A DNA stretch of 62,301 nt, the filler included, from Asterionella formosa (taxonomy: Eukaryota), in the NCBI GenBank assembly GCA_002256025.1. It is 22 parts of 22 records of this genome, joined end to end, with 100 filler letters (N's around TTAATTAATTAA, not from the genome) between each part and the next. Parts side by side here need not be neighbours in the genome. Positions count along the whole stretch, not along the records: positions 48,270 to 51,001 come from NKIB01014889.1; positions 51,102 to 53,827 come from NKIB01014890.1; positions 53,928 to 56,652 come from NKIB01014891.1; positions 56,753 to 59,477 come from NKIB01014892.1; positions 59,578 to 62,301 come from NKIB01014893.1; 17 more parts are not named here. One strand, written 5' to 3'. Position numbers and translations under genes: made by a program. Numbering within the stretch: position 1 is the stretch's first letter; the number at the start of each line of letters is the position of its first letter. The notes beneath the pieces were generated by a model. It saw only the letters and a program-made list of their open reading frames with translations, searched no databases and had not been told where the DNA came from. Below are positions 49,255 through 61,916 of this stretch, piece after piece.

Positions 49255-50295
49255 TCTTCCTTAAAGTTCGATGATTTTAAATTCATTTACCGGTACTGTC
49301 CTGCTGTAGTAGCAGCAGTCATAGACATATGGTGTTCTATTTATACAATCCTAAAACTATGATGATTTACCATGGTGTTCTATTGCTTGCTTATTATTCC
49401 GACTACCAGTACCGCTTTTCAGTCTCACGATCATACAATCCTAAAACTATGATGATTTACTGTCCCACTGTAATTGCAACAGTCATGAACATATTGTGTT
49501 CTATTTGTTTTTAGTTCTACAATCATACGATCCTAAAACTATGATGATTTACTGTCCCAATGTAATTGCAACAGTCATGAACATATGGTGTTCTTTTGGT
49601 TTTTAGTTTTATGATCATACGATCCTAAAACCATGATGATTTACTGTCCCACTGCAGTAGCAACAGTCCTGAACATATGGTGTTCTGTTGCTAGTTTACT
49701 ACTCCGGCTACCCCCAGTATATCACTTACTAAGTGCTACTGGTACTCTGTATATATATATATGATATATTGTTATTGTCATATGATGTACCGGTACACAT
49801 GAAGAGCTCCCAACCAAAGAAGGGGCTTAAACAATTTGCTACAAAAACCCTTGCGGCAATTGAACGGTCTAAATAATTAGTTTCAACGGACGTAGAAAAT
49901 ATCGATGCAAACAAATTTCAGAAAGAATATCGGCACAGGTAGTCGTGGAAAACAAAGGACATATAGTGCATTGAGTATTTTCGAATTATATATATGCAAG
50001 TATGATCATCCCAACCATATCAGATGTTCCATATCGAGAGTGCCTTTGAATTTTATAAATGTATAACACTTAATATATATATATATTTATATATATTTAC
50101 AAATTTTATTACTTTATGCATGGCATATATATTTTTGAAATCGTTCTGTCATGTTTACAAACAATGCCTGCTGCTTCATGAAAAGATTCATCGTAGTAAA
50201 GCACATGATAAGAAAAGAAAGTTTTCGCAATACATTATAAAAAACATTGTGACTTCGATACATTACGCCTTCGAAGGATGGAGAATGTTTAAGGT
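49255..50295. repeat. Dispersed repeat copy 2, with internal 92-bp unit amplified about 3x
   Basis: Matches 24082-24844; ATAC.ATCCTAAAAC.ATGATGATTTACTGTCCCA at 49433, 49525 and 49617. Confidence 0.9.
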
Positions 50296-51101
50296 AATGA
50301 AGCCGTCAATGTGGTACTTGGATGACAATCGTTGGGAGGCCGGCAGCACAACAACAAATTGTTAACTAAACGCAGCCGAATTTCCTTTTTTCTCATCTCA
50401 GTTGATTTAACAGCTCGTTTCGCTTGTTGGGGAGCACCAATGTAAAACAAAACAAAACCAAATTGCCTAAGTGCTCTTGTCGCTTGTTGGACCTATTCAC
50501 TTCTGTTGGAACAAAACTAACAAAACGTTTACCTTCTCTCAAAGTTAAGCTGACAAAAATGAACCGGTACGTTTTATTCCACAACATTGGATACCCGAAA
50601 CTTACTTATTCAAGAATTTACTGACAGGTTACTATTACAGACTTATGCATCAGTTGCATTGATTTGTGGTAAGTGAAGCAAGAGGATACAATGGAATTGC
50701 GTGTTCTTGTGTCAATGTAACATGACTAGCTAACAAACCATTCCTTCTCATTGTAACTGTAACTGCAACTGCATGCATAGGACAATAAAAACAATCAAAC
50801 AACGGAATAGTCGGCAAGTTCAGAATGACACTTACAGCAGGGAAAGAGACGCAGCATCAGTAAGGCACTGCCTCGCACACGATTCAGATCAGAGGAAGAA
50901 AGAGCAAGAAAGGAATATACATTGAGCCAAGTAGAGAGAGAAACGTTGGGTCGCTGGCTTGTAGATTAATAGATAGCATTGCTTAATTAGATAGTTAAAT
51001 TNNNNNNNNNNNNNNNNNNNNNNNNNNNNNNNNNNNNNNNNNNNNTTAATTAATTAANNNNNNNNNNNNNNNNNNNNNNNNNNNNNNNNNNNNNNNNNNN
51101 N

Positions 51102-51765
51102 GCATCTTTATCGAAAAGGCGTGCAAAAGATTTCGCTGAAACCGCCCCATTCTCTATCACGATATCTGCTTGGGCTGGGGTGAGTCCAAAGGTGATCAAT
51201 TTCTCTCGAAATTGCGGCTCTGCCAACACACCATTAAACTCAATGAACACTTGCGCCATGGCAAGTTGATCACCAACTGAAATGCCCGATGGATCGTCAT
51301 CATCATCGTCGCTTTCGTTGCCTCCACTATCGCCTGAGCTATCGCTGGGGTTGTCTGCCGGTCCAGAGGAACTGTCACTCTGACTCCGATCACTTGCCTG
51401 CAGGTCTGGTGCGGGGATTCGGACCTCCTGAATCACTTCAGGCCGCATTCCCACAACTCCTTCCGCCTCAACGATGTCATCTGGCGGCTCCAGAAGCTCA
51501 TCTTCTCCCTGGGCTGCTCGAATTTGCGCTCTTGTTGCTCGTTGAGCTGCAATGACACGCTTCGAGACCCTACCACCCTGTCGAACCCTCTGCTTGGTTC
51601 TTGGTGACATGATGATAATGACCCCAACACTGAACAACGATGCGCAAAAGCGGACTCCCAGAACGCCGAAACAAACGTTGCTCGCTGGCCAGCAGTTTTC
51701 CCTTCGAATATTACAACAATCAACCGATGAAGGCTACTGAAGAGGCTACGTGGGTCTGATAAACC
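51102..51765 (-). mobile_element. Probable Copia 5' region: half-tRNA PBS (51749-51765) and gag N-terminus (ATG 51610)
   Basis: GGTTTATCAGACCCA is shared with 31284; ORF MSPRTKQR...FGLTPAQADIVIENG is open to the contig edge. Confidence 0.5.
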
Positions 51766-51839
51766 GACTAATTCTCCTATCAAACAGGCGATGGGGAGAA
51801 TACTGACAGGTGCATTGCCACGTCCCATTGCCAATTTGT

Positions 51840-53460
51840 TTGTGCCAAGACACCATTGTTTTTGTTTGCGCCACCGTCTATTTGTGTGCCTGCTTGTTAA
51901 GCGCTCTGATCGCTTGCACCTTGTTCAATGTTGTTGTGTAATCCATGAGTTTCTTATTCGCTTTCTCACTCTCCTTCTCCTCTACTCTTCTTTTCCTCCT
52001 AGTCATATCGTTGAGTGCTTCCGTTCCCAGTTTAAAGCGTCCAGCCGCCACATGAAGTCCTGCTGTGTACCTTTTATATCGGGCAATCGCCGATAGCGCC
52101 GACTCCTTCCGTTGGCAAGCCATCTGATCAAGATTGATGCCATTCCTTGAATCCTCTCTGTTCCTGTATTCAATAACTTTGTCAAGAAGGGTGCCGGTGA
52201 TCCCTTTGTTTAGATTCAGTCCTGCTGGTGTGATGGTCGAGATAGCGGCATTCAATTCCGTCTGGATTGCTGAAACTGCTGTCAATTGTATTTCATCATG
52301 AAGAAGTGTGTTGTAGTTCAATGGTCCCCATCCCTTTTCAGCAATTTCATTCAGGTTGGTGTCAACTCGGGAAAATTATAATTCCCAGGCACGGGCTACA
52401 AGGTCAACAATGTCGTCTTTCTCAATTGCAAACTCAGCTTGGCGTCCTTCTTTCTTTGTAAGTAGCTCTTGCTTGAATCTTGTTAATGCCATTTTGAAGC
52501 AGCCATTTTGTTGTACACTGTCACCTACTTGCCAATATGATGTTCTATAGGGAACCCCGATACAAACATTCCATTTTGCTGCCGTCACATTGATATATTG
52601 AAGAAAAAGAAGATCAAATCGGCTACCATGCCCATCCAGAATCAGGAAAGGTGGCACATTATCAGTTTGGTCAAACAAGTTTAGTCTGTCCATCACTTTC
52701 AGCATCTCAACAAGAAGCTCTGCAGTTATCGATTCATTCTCAGAACAGCAACAGAAGGCTGGGACGTCAATTCCATTGAACACACATGAAGGGCCCATTG
52801 GATAGCGTTTGTTTCTCCCTGTGTTTGCCTCGATATTGTCTTCTGCTCCTTCCCATTAGACTGTAGGATCAAATCCTAGTACCCATGACTCTTCCAATTC
52901 CTTGGCAGCAAAGATAAGTGCACACACAACAGGTAAGCTGTTTGCTGCCGTGAAACCAAGCACAGTAAAGTGTGCATCCTTTGTTGCACTTCTTTGTTGT
53001 GGTCGTTGCTCTTTGCCACACAATAATTTCTGACCCCCAATGTTTCCATCCTTTGTCTGTGATGTGTTTGATCCAACCTCATCCACAAACAACAGCTTGT
53101 CCTGTCTGATCAGATCGTATTACGTGTCCAACCCAAATTGCTCATGTGTGTGTTCTACAATCAGTCCCTCCTTGCTCAGCTTTACACTGGAATTTAGTTT
53201 GTTCGCAATTCTTCTTTTCACCATCTCCTCATATACCTCAGTATACATCATTTTTTCAAAGTTTTGGTAAGGCACGTTTGCTGTCGAACTTGACAGCCTT
53301 TTTGCTTGTTACCAGGTGCTTGTTCCTCTTCATGAAGCCTCGCCAGTATCCAGTTCCCATTGCACCCTTCTTTGTGTTCCTGAAGTGAACATTGTGTTTC
53401 TGTTTCCATTCAAGTAAGGAGTCATATGTTGGAGTGTCCGAGATAATGGAATTTGCTAGT
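51840..53460 (-). mobile_element. Pogo/DDE_1-type transposase pseudogene
   Basis: FVDEVG, FTVLGFTAA, PFLILDGHGSR and WQVGDSVQQNG (catalytic aspartate motifs), broken by stops and frameshifts. Confidence 0.82.
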
Positions 53461-53656
53461 ACATCTAAGCCGCGTATTACGTGAAGTGACCATCACGTAA
53501 ATAAGCCTAGTTGATTTTGAATGGATCACATGAATTAGTTGAATACATCAAAATGCTTACTTGAATATATCTATATATTATCTGAATACATCACGTTAAT
53601 TATTTGATCAGAGTATCATGCATGCATTTCTGATCATTACTATATTACGTGATCAC

Positions 53657-53749
53657 CTTCACATAATTATTTGAAATACTTCACATAATTATTTGAAATA
53701 CTTCACATAATTATTTGAAATACTTCACATAATTATTTGAAATACTTCA
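53657..53749. repeat. 22-bp tandem repeat CTTCACATAATTATTTGAAATA x4.2
   Basis: Exact copies at 53657, 53679, 53701 and 53723, amid scattered TCACGTAAT motifs. Confidence 0.95.
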
Positions 53750-53929
53750 ATTAATTCTGTAATTCAGTTCACATTGCCTTAAATTTTTGTTCACGTAATT
53801 CTATAATATGGTTCACGTAATTTATTANNNNNNNNNNNNNNNNNNNNNNNNNNNNNNNNNNNNNNNNNNNNTTAATTAATTAANNNNNNNNNNNNNNNNN
53901 NNNNNNNNNNNNNNNNNNNNNNNNNNNTA

Positions 53930-54217
53930 CAATTACGAGCATGGTATCGTGCCTTCAATCGAGACCGATTCTTGATTCTTAAATTGGAGGATTGGAAAAC
54001 AGAGGGAGGAGTGGCACGAACTATGCTGAAAGTCTGGAAGCACCTAGGAGTGCCACCCTATCAAGTCCAAGATGAACAAGCCAAAAATACACGATCGTAT
54101 ACACCCATGGATGAGCACATCAAGGCATACTTGCGAGCATTTTATGACCCTCACAATAAAAGACTGAAGGAATTGTTGATGCATGACGAGTGGATCAACC
54201 CATGGAACTATGAATGA
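53930..54217 (+). CDS. Sulfotransferase (heparan-sulfate 3-O-ST-like fold), 3' end
   Basis: QLRAWYRAFNRDRFLILKLED...FYDPHNKRLKELL. Confidence 0.78.
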   Translation, partial: QLRAWYRAFNRDRFLILKLEDWKTEGGVARTMLKVWKHLGVPPYQVQDEQAKNTRSYTPMDEHIKAYLRAFYDPHNKRLKELLMHDEWINPWNYE

Positions 54218-54596
54218 CTATCATACCAATATTTAAGAAGCAATGAATTTAGTGGCTATTATTCTACGCATTTTTCCGTCAGTGACATGACAAAATTGCA
54301 TCATTTAAAAAGTAATGTAACCGCTTTCGATGGGAATAATTGTGAACTCAATTTTAAAACCTTTGTTTTTTCTGGTACATCACTTCTCTCGTTACTATGG
54401 CTAGCTACCGGTAGTAGAGTGGTCTGTGCAAAGAGTAATTACTATACATTGTGAAATATTCACTGGACAAATCAGCGAAAACGATTGAAGTACCGTAACC
54501 ATCTACCATATAGTAGCGACCCCGTCAAGTCTGGTTTCCGACTTGTTACAGGATTTTCCCGAGTCTTCCAAGGATGCCCTTGGATCAATCCTCTCG

Positions 54597-55343
54597 TTAA
54601 CATGTTGCATCATTACCAGAAAAAGAGTCTTGAAAATCATGACAACTATCTCGTAAATAATGGGCTTGCTGCAGAGCATTCCTTTGGTTTTCCTCAACCG
54701 ATGGCTGTGGCTTTTTAAATCGGTCCATTAGCCACGAGGTTGGCTTAGTTGAAATACCTGTGGAGTTGGCTGAACGGGGTGGCGTTGCTTGTTCGAAGGG
54801 ACTCGTATTGGCACGAGGTCGAAAAGGGTTTCTAAATGCAGGAGGCTTGATTTCGAAGTTCTTAAAAAATGTAGGCACTTGTCCAGGAGAACTCCTTGGA
54901 GGTGCTTGTACTCCTTCTTTCGGTTGCATTTTGATCAGTAAAAACTTAGGAAACCATCGCTCAATGAACTGCCAGATAAACCCCCGCTTGAGTGGCTCTT
55001 GCTTGGCACCTTGTTTCTTTCGTTCCTTTGCTTGCGCCTCGATTTCTTCGCGGGATGCCATCATCAAGGGATGAATATCCGTTGCGTCTCTATGCAGTTT
55101 GTAGATAGGTTTGTCTAGTTCTTCCATGGTACGTCGATAGGAGGCTTCCAGCGCTCGTCGCTGATCGTCATCCCAGTGATAGTCCCTGGTCTCACATGAT
55201 GTTGATTTAGCCGAAGCGGTCATTTTGCAGGAAATCTCTGATTCTGTCACGGACTCGTCGTCAGCGATGATGATCACTTGTTGTGGGATTGACCCCTGCG
55301 CTTGCACTTGCCCTTGAAAGCCCATAGTTGAATCTGACATCAT
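54597..55343 (-). CDS. Hypothetical protein
   Basis: 248-aa ATG-started ORF, no recognisable domain; may be spliced at the 3' end. Confidence 0.55.
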   Translation of the reverse strand: MMSDSTMGFQGQVQAQGSIPQQVIIIADDESVTESEISCKMTASAKSTSCETRDYHWDDDQRRALEASYRRTMEELDKPIYKLHRDATDIHPLMMASREEIEAQAKERKKQGAKQEPLKRGFIWQFIERWFPKFLLIKMQPKEGVQAPPRSSPGQVPTFFKNFEIKPPAFRNPFRPRANTSPFEQATPPRSANSTGISTKPTSWLMDRFKKPQPSVEENQRNALQQAHYLRDSCHDFQDSFSGNDATC

Positions 55344-56752
55344 GATTGCTCGATGATGCTGATTGCCTCACGGTTAGATGATCGAGCGATGGAAATGGAA
55401 GTTGAATGATACCGGTAAAGAAAATTTTGATAAAGAAAGGCATTCAAAAATCATAGATATATATAAATTATAGTGATACCCCAGCGCAACGAATCATTGA
55501 GGACAAAAAGACTATTACGAGCTCTGCGTACAGAGTGTACGTAAATAATATATATTGTAAAAAGAGGTCAAATTTTCTATTTCGGACAAGAGACGCACGA
55601 GCTGAACTGGACTCCTACGTACAACCAGACACAAAATAAAGTATAGGTTCTGTTCCTTTTGATCCTACATACCGGGTAGTATACTTACCGATGGGTTCTA
55701 GTAACATAGACTACCTGGTACTTTATATAGTCTACAGTTATCCATCCAAAGAGTGCAGCTGAATAAAAATGCAACATTCGGAATAAAAGTCACCATGTTT
55801 TGATTGCAATAACTCATTCGTTATTTCCAACACTGTCGGTGTTAATAATGTTACCCTCAATACCAACGGAAACGCATACGAAATTGAGCTCGAGACAGCA
55901 TACAAATCACTTCTCAATATCGTCGAAGCCAGTGACATGGCTAAGGGGGCAACAAGAACAGTTGGATCTTTGAGTGTCGCCAATACCAACTGTCCAGTAG
56001 CCCTTTCGCTCAGCAACATGCCACCTTGTCTTGGCAAAATTTACCCTCCAGTATTATCCAAGTTTGATTACTGGCATCCCCGGCCCTACTCTCATGCAAA
56101 CGTCAATCAACGCTGGAAACTTGATTTACGAGCAAAAGAGTCTCTATTCCGAGCTCGCTCCTCGAAGTGCAATCTGAATCTGGAACTAAATGCTCCACCA
56201 ACACGCGGGCACCGACCCGTGCTCCAGTAATAACGGTCTCATCAACTGGCGCACCAACGAGTCCCCCTCTTGCTTCAGCTACTGTTCAGCGCATGTTTCG
56301 CATTCTGCATCCAAGCAAAATATCACAACTGCCATGTTGAAAGGAACCGTTGAATGCAGCACCCATACAACTCTTGGCTGCTTACACCTCTTTGAATAAC
56401 ACGGCTTTGACGGGATTTACAACAATATATCCTGTGAAATATGGCGGTTATAAAATTGTCACCATTGCTGACTCTGCTTTGTGCCACATCAAGCCCTGTC
56501 GGTTCACTACGCAACAACGTGACTACATCGTTTGTATTGAATGTCACCTCGACTGATTCTAGTGCACCAACAACAGTATCCAATCCTCGTCAATACCGCA
56601 ATTTCGGCTGGCAAACTCGATTGCGAGCTCAAGATACTCTATCCAACCACACNNNNNNNNNNNNNNNNNNNNNNNNNNNNNNNNNNNNNNNNNNNNTTAA
56701 TTAATTAANNNNNNNNNNNNNNNNNNNNNNNNNNNNNNNNNNNNNNNNNNNN

Positions 56753-57775
56753 ACCCCTTATCGCTCTGGCCTGGTCTATGACCGCATTGTGCCTGATGGT
56801 GCTGAACTTTCCCCCAAAGCTCGCGCGGCCATTATTACACAATACCAGTCACTCATTGGGGCTCTCAATTGGCTGGCTGTCAGCACACGTCCTGATGTCT
56901 CTGTGGCCCTCACTCTCCTGGCTCAGCACAACTCCTATGCCACCCCTGCTCACCTTTTAGGTGCCAAGTATGTGTTACGATACCTGGCTGGCTCTGCCGA
57001 TCATGGCATTGCCTTTACCTCGCAATTTGCTTCCTCATACCTCTCCACCACCTTTGGCTGGCCCAAGGACACTCCCACTCTCACCACTTACACCGATGCC
57101 AACTGGGGCCCCCAAGATGCTTCCAACCCCAACCCCACCGACATCATCTCTCTTGCCGAGTGTTGCTCCCTTCTTGGTTCCATCAGTACACGTACAGGTG
57201 GCCCCATTGCCTGGCATGTCATTCGTGAACCTCGTGTGAGCCGCAGTACCTGCGAATCTGAAATCAAATCTGCAGATGAGGGCACCAAGGTTACCCAATT
57301 CATCCGCCATATCCTTAGTGACCTCCACATGCCTGATGTCACTCTCCCCACCCCTCTTTGGAATGACAACCGAGGTGCTGTGGACTGGTCCCACAACTGT
57401 GCTAACAAAAAGATGCGGCATATTAATATCCGCAACATGGCTGTGCGCGACGCTCACCGTTTTTCCGAAATCTTTGTCACCCACCTCCCAGGGGATACCA
57501 ATGTTGCTGATCTGTTCACCAAAGAACATAAAGATGATGCCCATTTTCTCCGCCTCCGCAATATTATTGTCCCGTCTCATGGGAATTTTCTCACTTGAGG
57601 GGGGTGTTGGTACCATATACCGGTTACTCCGTATATCCTACCAAGATTCCTGTAAGTGCTTAATTCCCGTGAGTACTGGTCCCTCTACAGCTAGTTAAAT
57701 ACTACTTTAGAACCTCAGTTCCTTGTTAATGTAGCTGCCGCTGGCATCCGTTGCAAGCGTTTCTCCCTCTCAACA
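56753..57775 (+). mobile_element. Ty1/copia 3' end: RT C-terminus/RNase H (to 57598), PPT, 171-bp 3' LTR 57605-57775
   Basis: Motifs TPYRSG, TRPD, YTDANWG, STCESE, NDNRGAV, NVADLFTKE; GAGGGGGG then TGTTG...CAACA. Confidence 0.93.
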
Positions 57776-58248
57776 CACACAGGTACTCCTACGTAAGGCC
57801 GTTGCTAACCGTTGACCCAAACCAAAACCCAAAAACTTTTTTGGATTGGTTTTGGTTTTGGTCAACTGACGAAAAAACGATGCTATCGGTTTTTGGGAAA
57901 TCCTAAATGCTGTCAACCACCCATCTACTGTGACTTAGGATGACAAAACCATTATAAAAAAAGTAAAATATTTCTATTAGACTACTTTTATAAATGAAAT
58001 ATTATGATTCCTATTTGGGAATTAGTTAGTTTTTCCCGCAATTTGAGCGATGCTGCTGTCTTGTTGTCAACAACTTTGATCCCATTGATTACATGATCAA
58101 CGACATGCCTAGAGAAGAACGCGGATTCTCTGTCGGAAGAGTAGCCATGGGTGATGAATGATAGATGTCTATAACTCAGAATGGGATCGCAAGGACTTTG
58201 ACGACAATGATATCAAAGATGAAGATGTGTCTCTTCAAATAGCTTGAA

Positions 58249-58788
58249 ATGCCGCTTCATCCAGACAAACCATTGATTCAAGATGTATTGGAGGGTGTTC
58301 GCCGCTGGAATATGGAAATGGATCATGAAAATGGAATTGGAGAAGACGATGAGTTGTCAGAAGACGAAAGGGAGTACAGAGATATGCTTGGCAAGGAAAT
58401 TAAGTATGACTACGATCATGATCCGGAGTTCGAAGAGCAGTTTCGTGGCCATGCCGTTGTGGCTTGTACCGGTGACGATTCCGATCTGGAGATCGCAGAA
58501 AAGATTACTCTAGCGCTGACAGGAAAGTTTGGGAAGCAAGTGTTCGTTGAGACCCACGTGATAACTCATGCAAGAGAGGAAGATAATGTGTTTGAAGTCT
58601 GGATTGAGTCATATGACGTGGAGCTGTTGCATTCCAAGAAGCGAGCGACGACAGGTACAAGCGGCTGGACTGGACCTGCGGACTGTGATGACGAGCAAAT
58701 TGATTATCTGGTGGATCGAGTTGGCTTTTTGATAAGTGATGACGCCCGATACAGTTACAAGTACGAAGTGCAAATGGAAGGAGTTTAA
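58249..58788 (+). CDS. Acidic hypothetical protein (C-terminal part of a probable host gene) inside the TIR element
   Basis: 179-aa ORF; upstream 58040-58248 looks like decayed coding sequence; no DDE or Myb motifs. Confidence 0.6.
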   Translation: MPLHPDKPLIQDVLEGVRRWNMEMDHENGIGEDDELSEDEREYRDMLGKEIKYDYDHDPEFEEQFRGHAVVACTGDDSDLEIAEKITLALTGKFGKQVFVETHVITHAREEDNVFEVWIESYDVELLHSKKRATTGTSGWTGPADCDDEQIDYLVDRVGFLISDDARYSYKYEVQMEGV

Positions 58789-59011
58789 ATAAAGGAAGTT
58801 TCTATATAAAAAGTAGCAATTGAATATCAAACCTTGGTACGCCAGGCAGATGGAGTAAAACCATGGAACATAGGGCACTTGCCTTGGAGTAGATGATCTT
58901 GGCGAGTTGGTCGGACAAGTTCCACAATATCGTTGATATAGTATATATGTGTGCCATGTTGGTGAAATGTGGGTTTGATGACATGTTGATTGTGGTGAAA
59001 TCCGAGATGAT

Positions 59012-59040
59012 TTGTTGTTGTTGTTGTTGTTGTTGTTGTT
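59012..59040. repeat. (TTG)n microsatellite
   Basis: About 9-10 perfect units. Confidence 0.95.
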
Positions 59041-59577
59041 CCTGACAGTGTGGTCCCCTGGTACCTGGTACCAGGTACCAGAGTACCGTATAGCTATTGT
59101 TGTATCTATTATGATATACTGGTAAATGATGAGTCCTATATGTGCTGATTCTACGATGATAATAATTTGGTTTCTAGTGACTACATTCAAAGTAGTCAAT
59201 ATGGAATCCTACGTTTAGGTAACTTTGGGAAAAAACCTAAACTTAATGCGTTTGGGTAACTTATTGGGATATGGGCACGGAATCCCCTAAACGTAATGCG
59301 TTTGTGTTGGGTTTTTCACTCCCGTTAGCATCATTTTTTTGGGTTACACCGTTAGCAACGGCCTAACGAACTGTATGTATATTTGTGTCTCTGTACCAAA
59401 GAAAGTGAAGAAATGTGTGTTTTATTAAATTCCACCAGAAATGCCTCAGTGACATGCACTTTACTTGGCTGACAAAANNNNNNNNNNNNNNNNNNNNNNN
59501 NNNNNNNNNNNNNNNNNNNNNTTAATTAATTAANNNNNNNNNNNNNNNNNNNNNNNNNNNNNNNNNNNNNNNNNNNN

Positions 59578-59842
59578 ACAAAGTAGTCACAGTCCCTACC
59601 TCAACACTTCCAACAATGGGTTCGCCTTCTGTGTAGTTCGCTGCCACTTTGATTCCACTGTCCTGCTCTGAATCTCTCAAGTTGAGTGGTTTGTGTCTGC
59701 CATAAGTGTCAAGTCTGGAACGTGTTTCTTTAACTGTAAGGAACCTCACCGGTTTAGGAGCTGTGAAACAGTTCACATACCCTTGAGAGCAGAAAAAGAG
59801 AGCCAATACAAGAAATTTGGTTTTTGAAGATTGTGATTCCAT
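59578..59842 (-). CDS. 5' end of a protein with bipartite (signal plus transit) plastid presequence
   Basis: MESQSSKTKFLVLALFFCSQGYVNC-FTAP resembles the diatom ASAF(AP) cleavage motif. Confidence 0.6.
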
Positions 59843-61916
59843 TGTCTGGAAACTGTCGCTGATCAGGGGTTTGCGCTGCAAATAATTCAGCAGTCTACCG
59901 GTAGTCCTCAAGAAGTTTGAGCCAATCTACGCTCGAGTTAGTTTTCGGTACAAGCTAAATCTAGAGCGATGAGAAGTTGATGCACAGCAGAACAAATGAT
60001 GCACACGTTGATCATCGTCAGCAACAGCCAAGCAAAATACAATATAAGTGATATACCAAGGTAGACGGTGAGTGAGGGAGATGACGCAAGAAAACCGAGG
60101 ACGAGCGTTTCATATGCATAGTACCTGGTACCAGTGTATGTGTATATGAGTATGTATGTGTGTATTTATCTTTGTATTATTAATCCTGTATTTCAACCCT
60201 AGGGCAAAAATTAAAATATTGATTAGGGTTGCCGAATTTCCCTGGGACTACCGGGTATATAGGAATTTTAATGAGCTATTTTTGAATGACATTGATTCCA
60301 TTTGAAATATTTAAATGAGTGGAAATTTGCGCATAAATACATATATTCGTTTTCAAATTCTCTAACAAATATATGAATGTATAAATATTTATTTTTATAT
60401 ACATTCTTAATATAAATACTGTATGATGATGTGATCGACATATATATATGTGATACAAGCTGGCAGAATGATGGCAAAATTTTGTTGATGAATAGAAACA
60501 AAAAGCCTCAACAATCAACCATGAGAGAAATTACACATCACAACCACCCGTGAAATGCATGAGTTGAAAGTTGAAGCAAGGATGACTGCTTCCTGGTACC
60601 ATTGTACCGGAAAGATGAGAAATTTAAGTGATCCATATGCGAGGTCAGACCGACTTTTTGTAGAATGATGTACTGGTGTCATAATGATAGGCGGAGTGAA
60701 ATCCGGTAATCCTACTATTCCATTAAAAAAATAATAGAAAATAGTTTTTGTGGACACAACAATCGAGTAAAATAAAAAACGGTTTGAAAGTAAAAAAGAC
60801 ACATGTGTATGGATTAAAAAATATGTACTGCAGTAGGACCTGGTATGATGGAGGTACCGGTACCACGTACTGTATGATATGGCAATCATGTGTCGATGCC
60901 CCGGCCAGCAGATCGAAGGAGTGAGTGAATGTCACCAGCACGCACGGACGCCGAGCAAGCAAGCCAAGGCGTTCGTGTGCGCGCAAGCCGCACCTAGGAA
61001 GGGAATTCGGGAAAAATAGAGTCGCAATGTTTTACCTACAATAGTATGTCCATCCCGGGAATCAATATATACCGGTAAATGTGTATTGTTAATGCCCGAC
61101 GAATATATCAATGTATAACGACGCCGGGCAGTAAATATGTACGAGCCATTCCAGTTGGTATGTTTTATAGATTTATTCTGATCGATACATATGTTTAGTT
61201 CGGGTACCTGGTACCTGGTACCCTGGTAACCAGGTAACGGTAGTAGGGTCTGCCCTCATGGTGATAGTAATGATAGTAAGAATGAAATTGTGTTGTTGTC
61301 GGCTCGCTGGCTGCAGATCATATCCTGATTTTTGATGGACATGCCTGTGCTTTAAAAGTTGCAACCAATTGAATTACCGGTACCAGGTACACTAGAAACG
61401 AGTAAGTAGTATACTTAGAAACCGGTAACAGGTACGTACAATACAGTGTCGTTCTTTGAGAGTTGGTAATAAATGACCACTCCAAAAATACCGGTAACAA
61501 TAGTTCGACTACCCGGTGCTGTATTACTAAAAGTGATTCCTATAAAAGCATGTCGAATATATAATCCGTTGTGAATTATATGCTGCATGCAGGCAGAACT
61601 GCCTGTATAATAATAGAGACAAATATCAGCATATCAGAAGACTTACTGGTACTGCGAGCTAGTGTACCAGTATACAGGTAGTAACTCGATAATATATACC
61701 AAAGTCATTGAACCATTCCCATTACCGTGTTGTCGCAATCAAAATCCAACAAAACAATCTGGTACATTATTACCTAGTAGACGATATCCAGAGTCTACAG
61801 TCTACCGCACTGTAGAGTTCCCTGTGGTAGTGCAACTAGGAAGTATTGTGAAGTAACAAAGCCAACTAGGTTGCGTGTCAATCAATCTCTGTCTTGCTCA
61901 AGTACCTTCCATCGCA

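Larger units (their letters stand above)
57797..59363. mobile_element. Non-autonomous PIF/Harbinger-type element (1567 bp) with TAA target duplication
   Basis: TAA-GGCCGTTGCTAAC ... GTTAGCAACGGCC-TAA: 13-bp perfect TIR, extended imperfectly. Confidence 0.78.

Noticed and set aside
53657..53749. 22-bp repeats as a CRISPR array
   Set aside because: No spacers, eukaryotic context, no cas genes.
2760..59577. Regularly spaced palindromic TTAATTAATTAA repeats (CRISPR-like or periodic structure)
   Set aside because: Assembly linkers flanked by Ns. Adjacency between contigs has no biological meaning, and ORFs ending in X...LIN are artefacts.
60198..61013. Possible MITE bounded by CCTAGG / CCGAATT(T)CCCT motifs
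   Set aside because: The inverted match is too short and no TSD is evident.
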